Shown here: in pieces, positions 56,103 through 58,642 of the stretch
Position numbering within the stretch: the first letter of the stretch is position 1
Layout of the letters: every line of letters starts with the position of its first letter
Assembly: GCA_964387325.1 (NCBI GenBank)
Contig: CAYLYE010000001.1
Location: forward strand, 85,453 to 144,094
Direction of reading: 5' to 3'
DNA length: 58,642 nucleotides
Origin: an uncultured Planctomycetaceae bacterium
GTDB lineage: Bacteria > Planctomycetota > Planctomycetia > Pirellulales > PNKZ01
The notes under the pieces: generated by a model
What the model was told of the DNA's origin: nothing
Seen by the model: the letters and a program-made list of their open reading frames with translations, nothing else
The model's database searches: none
Position numbers and translations under genes: made by a program

Positions 56103-57518
56103 CTAAATCAGCGACTCGATGACCCGGCCATGACTCACGGCGATCGGGCGGCGCTGGCGATCGTAGACCAGCGTTTCGGGCGAGATGCCCAACAAGTGCA
56201 TGATCGTCGCCGCGATGTCTTGCGGCTCGTGCCGACCTTCCTTCGGATAGCCGGCCAGTTCGTCGCTGTGGCCGATCACCCGGCCCCCTTGAATGCCGCC
56301 GCCCGCCAGAGCCACGCTGAACACGTGCCCCCAGTGGTCGCGTCCGCCACGGGCGTTGATCTTCGGCGTGCGGCCGAACTCACCCATCCACACAACCAGC
56401 GTCTCGTCGAGCAGCCCGCGTTGTTCGAGGTCCTCGAGCAACGCCGAGTACGCCGCATCCATCGGCGGCATCAAGCTCGTCTTCAGCAGTTGTTCGTTCC
56501 GGCCGTGCGTGTCCCAGGCAGGCGAGTCGGCCGTATCGGTCTCGGCCCGCGTCCAGTTGACTTGCACGAGCGAGACCCCCGACTCGATCATCCGTCGCGC
56601 CAACAACACACTCTGCCCGAAGCGGTGTCGACCGTAACGATCGCGTACCGCGGCGGGCTCTTCTTCGAGCCGAAACGCGCGGCCGCCGTGACGCGAGTGG
56701 ATCAGATCAAACGCCTGCTGCTCGATATGGTTCCACCCCGCGAGCGCGTCACGCTGCTCGATGGCTCCGAAATGACCGTTGATCTGCTCCAGCAATTTTC
56801 GCCGCGCGTCGAACACCAGCGGCGGCAGCTCGCTGGGCAAACTCACGCCCGGTACCGCAAAGTCCGGCTTATTCGGATCGCAGGTCAACAGCCACGGATC
56901 GGCCGCCGGACCCAAAAAGCCACCGTCCTGCCCGGGCCAGACGATCCGCCCCGTGTTCCAGATCTCCTCGGGCAACCGGACCGCGCTGGGCAGCGCCCCA
57001 CGCGACTTGAGCAGGTGCTGCACGACCGCCGCGAGCGACGGTGCGTCGTTCGGAGCGCCCGGCTTGGCGTTCTCGGTGTTCAGCGGCACATGCGGCCGAC
57101 CGGTCAGCATCCAGTACCCGCTCGACGAGTGGGCGTTGTCTTTAGTCGATACGGCCCTCAACACCCCGATGCGATCGGTGAGCTGCGCCGTCCGGGGCAT
57201 CAGTTCGCCCACCAGCAAGCCCGGGGTGCGTGACGCGATGGGCTTTAAGTTCCCGCGGACCTCGACCGGGGCGTCGGGCTTGGGGTCCCAGGTCTCGTGT
57301 TGCGGCGGGCCACCGAGCATGAACAGCACGATGCACGCCTTGGCCTTGCCGAACGACCGCGGGTGCAGGCTCGGCGCCGCTTGGGTCTGTCGGGCCGCGA
57401 GCACATCGGCGAGCGAGAGTCCGGACGCCAGCGAGCCGATCCGCAGCCACTCGCGTCGGCTCAGTCCATCGCACAGCCGCAACGGTCGATCGTAGAGCGA
57501 GAGCATGGGCAGGAGCAC
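56103..57518 (-). CDS. DUF1501 (sulfatase-like) protein with a Tat-type signal
   Basis: SRREWLRIGSLASGLSLA is followed by FMLGGPPQHETWDPKP and GRDHW. It is a paralog of 30380..31786. The annotated start is a GTG, and ATG 57506 is an alternative. Confidence 0.9.
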   Translation of the reverse strand: MLLPMLSLYDRPLRLCDGLSRREWLRIGSLASGLSLADVLAARQTQAAPSLHPRSFGKAKACIVLFMLGGPPQHETWDPKPDAPVEVRGNLKPIASRTPGLLVGELMPRTAQLTDRIGVLRAVSTKDNAHSSSGYWMLTGRPHVPLNTENAKPGAPNDAPSLAAVVQHLLKSRGALPSAVRLPEEIWNTGRIVWPGQDGGFLGPAADPWLLTCDPNKPDFAVPGVSLPSELPPLVFDARRKLLEQINGHFGAIEQRDALAGWNHIEQQAFDLIHSRHGGRAFRLEEEPAAVRDRYGRHRFGQSVLLARRMIESGVSLVQVNWTRAETDTADSPAWDTHGRNEQLLKTSLMPPMDAAYSALLEDLEQRGLLDETLVVWMGEFGRTPKINARGGRDHWGHVFSVALAGGGIQGGRVIGHSDELAGYPKEGRHEPQDIAATIMHLLGISPETLVYDRQRRPIAVSHGRVIESLI

Positions 57519-57953
57519 CAGGAGAGGGCGAGCGAGCTTCGGAAGGCCGAGTCACAGCATACCTAAAGATCGACCTACGAATCAACAAAACTCACTCGGT
57601 CGGCCCTGCTCTCCCAAATGCGTCAACATCAAGCCCTCTGTTTTTCGACATAACCTATTGCATTTATTTAACTTACGTACCATTTCGCCGCCCGAACCAA
57701 AGCAGCATTTGCGCATGCTGATGCATTGCATTTTGTTTCGCAACTCTTGTCATGATAGTGGGTTATGACAATCGATCGAAGTTCCGAATGGTGAGTACGT
57801 GCTGTGTTTTGATGCAACAGCTCGCATCGTTCGATGCCGGGGGGTGGAAAGGTGTGACAGGCCCAGTTGTTGACGATTCGCGTTCAGCGGCAGGAGAATA
57901 CATGTGGCATGATCGACCGCCTCGATTATCTATGCTGCCCCTGTCTCCTTCCC

Positions 57954-57988
57954 TTGGAAGGTATTTAGACCTGTCCCGTTTAGTTGCC
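57954..57988. repeat. 35-nt direct repeat, copy 1
   Basis: ttggaaggtatttagacctgtcccgtttagttgcc matches 58140..58174 at 31 of 35 positions in the same orientation. Confidence 0.7.
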
Positions 57989-58139
57989 CCGATCGAGGGC
58001 CAACCCAACCGTAACAAGCCGTCGCGGCCGCGCCAGACCTGGGATGGGTCTGGCGGGCCGCCGGTCTAACAACCCCACTCTTATCGATCCCCGAAATCTG
58101 TCCTGCCATCGGGGTCGCCCTCGACGGAACCCCAGTGAG

Positions 58140-58174
58140 TTGGACGATATTTAGACCTGTCCCGGTGAGTTGCC
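58140..58174. repeat. 35-nt direct repeat, copy 2
   Basis: ttggacgatatttagacctgtcccggtgagttgcc lies 186 nt (start to start) after copy 1. Confidence 0.7.
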
Positions 58175-58180
58175 TCTACA

Positions 58181-58205
58181 AAATGCCCCGCCGGTGAAGG
58201 CGGGG
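58181..58205 (-). terminator. Terminator candidate for the minus-strand gene at the window end
   Basis: ccccgcc (58186-58192) pairs with ggcgggg (58199-58205). On the minus strand the hairpin is followed by cattttg. It lies ~90 nt downstream of the stop at 58294. Confidence 0.45.
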
Positions 58206-58293
58206 TTGATCTAGCTCACTTGCTTTGCGGCAATCAAGTACAGCTACAGATTATGAGTCGCATGAACATTGCCATGACATGTAATAAATACGC

Positions 58294-58642
58294 TTACTTC
58301 TTAACAAATGTTATATAATCATTTGTTTGCGATGTAACGCGATATACTGCTGTTGATACAGTTACTCGTTCATACTTAATGTATTTATTAAATGTAGTGC
58401 TATTCCTGCTTGTGATTACACCCCAGTAGTCTCGCAACTGCCTAATCGCCATATCAATGCTGTTGTTTAACGCTTTCTCGTTGCGTGCAATTGTATTTAT
58501 TTCAGGAACAGTGATGACAATCCCGCCTGGAGTTTGATACTGCACGAGGTAGCCGGTGTAATATACCGTTTTTTCGGGTGTACCAGGACTGGGCTTGGGA
58601 GGGGCTGGCGTCGGTGTCGGGCGGGGCGATTGCTTTGGCGGC
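58294..58642 (-). CDS. C-terminal end of a larger protein: a Pro-rich linker followed by an AT-rich ~90-aa terminal domain; the 5' end is outside the window
   Basis: The frame of ORF 58294..58545 stays open upstream to the window edge. By hand it reads PPKQSPRPTPTPAPPKPSPGTPEKTVYYTGYLVQYQTPGG. The listed start is an internal GTG. Confidence 0.6.
   Translation of the reverse strand, partial: PPKQSPRPTPTPAPPKPSPGTPEKTVYYTGYLVQYQTPGGIVITVPEINTIARNEKALNNSIDMAIRQLRDYWGVITSRNSTTFNKYIKYERVTVSTAVYRVTSQTNDYITFVKK

Noticed and set aside
57752-58069. ORF of 105 aa (+), and the 84-aa minus-strand ORF 57763..58017, in the AT-rich terminal region
   Set aside because: There is no ribosome-binding context, and the composition is odd (Cys/Trp/Pro/Arg-rich). 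The two ORFs overlap each other and span the direct repeat, so they are more likely non-coding.
57954-58174. Possible mini-CRISPR array formed by the two 35-nt direct repeats
   Set aside because: There are only two copies. They are separated by ~150 nt rather than a 30-40 nt spacer, the repeats are not identical, and there are no cas genes in the window. No other CRISPR-like array was seen anywhere in the window.

Overview
High-GC chromosomal segment that looks like Planctomycetota, probably Pirellulales-like. The lineage call rests on two DUF1501 genes, a PSCyt/DUF1549/DUF1553 gene, planctomycete-type LRRs and an N-terminal LESLEDRLLL motif. Most of the window is recognisable core content. 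This includes apbE (partial), rpsA, larB-nnrD, a heavy-metal RND efflux operon, two tandem SPFH/flotillin-like genes behind a sigma-54 activator, and a LuxR-type response regulator. It also includes a flagellar block (flhA-flhF-flhG-fliA plus a PilZ gene), hisF, pilT, a nagB-LmbE fusion, an NRAMP transporter, an SDR and an LptD-like outer membrane protein. By eye, four stretches are visibly AT-richer and look accessory. They are (1) a DUF6883/DUF4926 gene pair at 5.1-5.7 kb; (2) a ~3.7 kb island at 31.8-35.6 kb with HicAB, an orphan RHH gene, a frameshifted tandem wHTH gene, a possible sRNA and a degraded IS1-family transposase; (3) the 52.2-55.9 kb locus; and (4) the last ~1.1 kb. The best candidates for something undescribed are as follows. 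(a) The 52.7-55.9 kb locus has three paralogous proteins with a Flp/TadE-like N-terminus and a conserved SG-x-x-GHHA-x-T-G-G plus Cys module. One of them is fused to a Pro/His-rich linker and LRRs, and the locus sits next to a papain-like protein whose catalytic His and Asn appear replaced. (b) A membrane-anchored GspE/PilB-like protein has every ATPase motif degenerate and is translationally coupled to pilT. (c) The RND efflux genes are bracketed exactly by ~100-nt direct repeats, and a third partial copy lies at the island border. (d) The two SPFH paralogs carry a triplicated N-terminal PGxY-x-x-NP repeat. All calls come from reading the ORF translations and the DNA by eye. No searches or folding programs were run.
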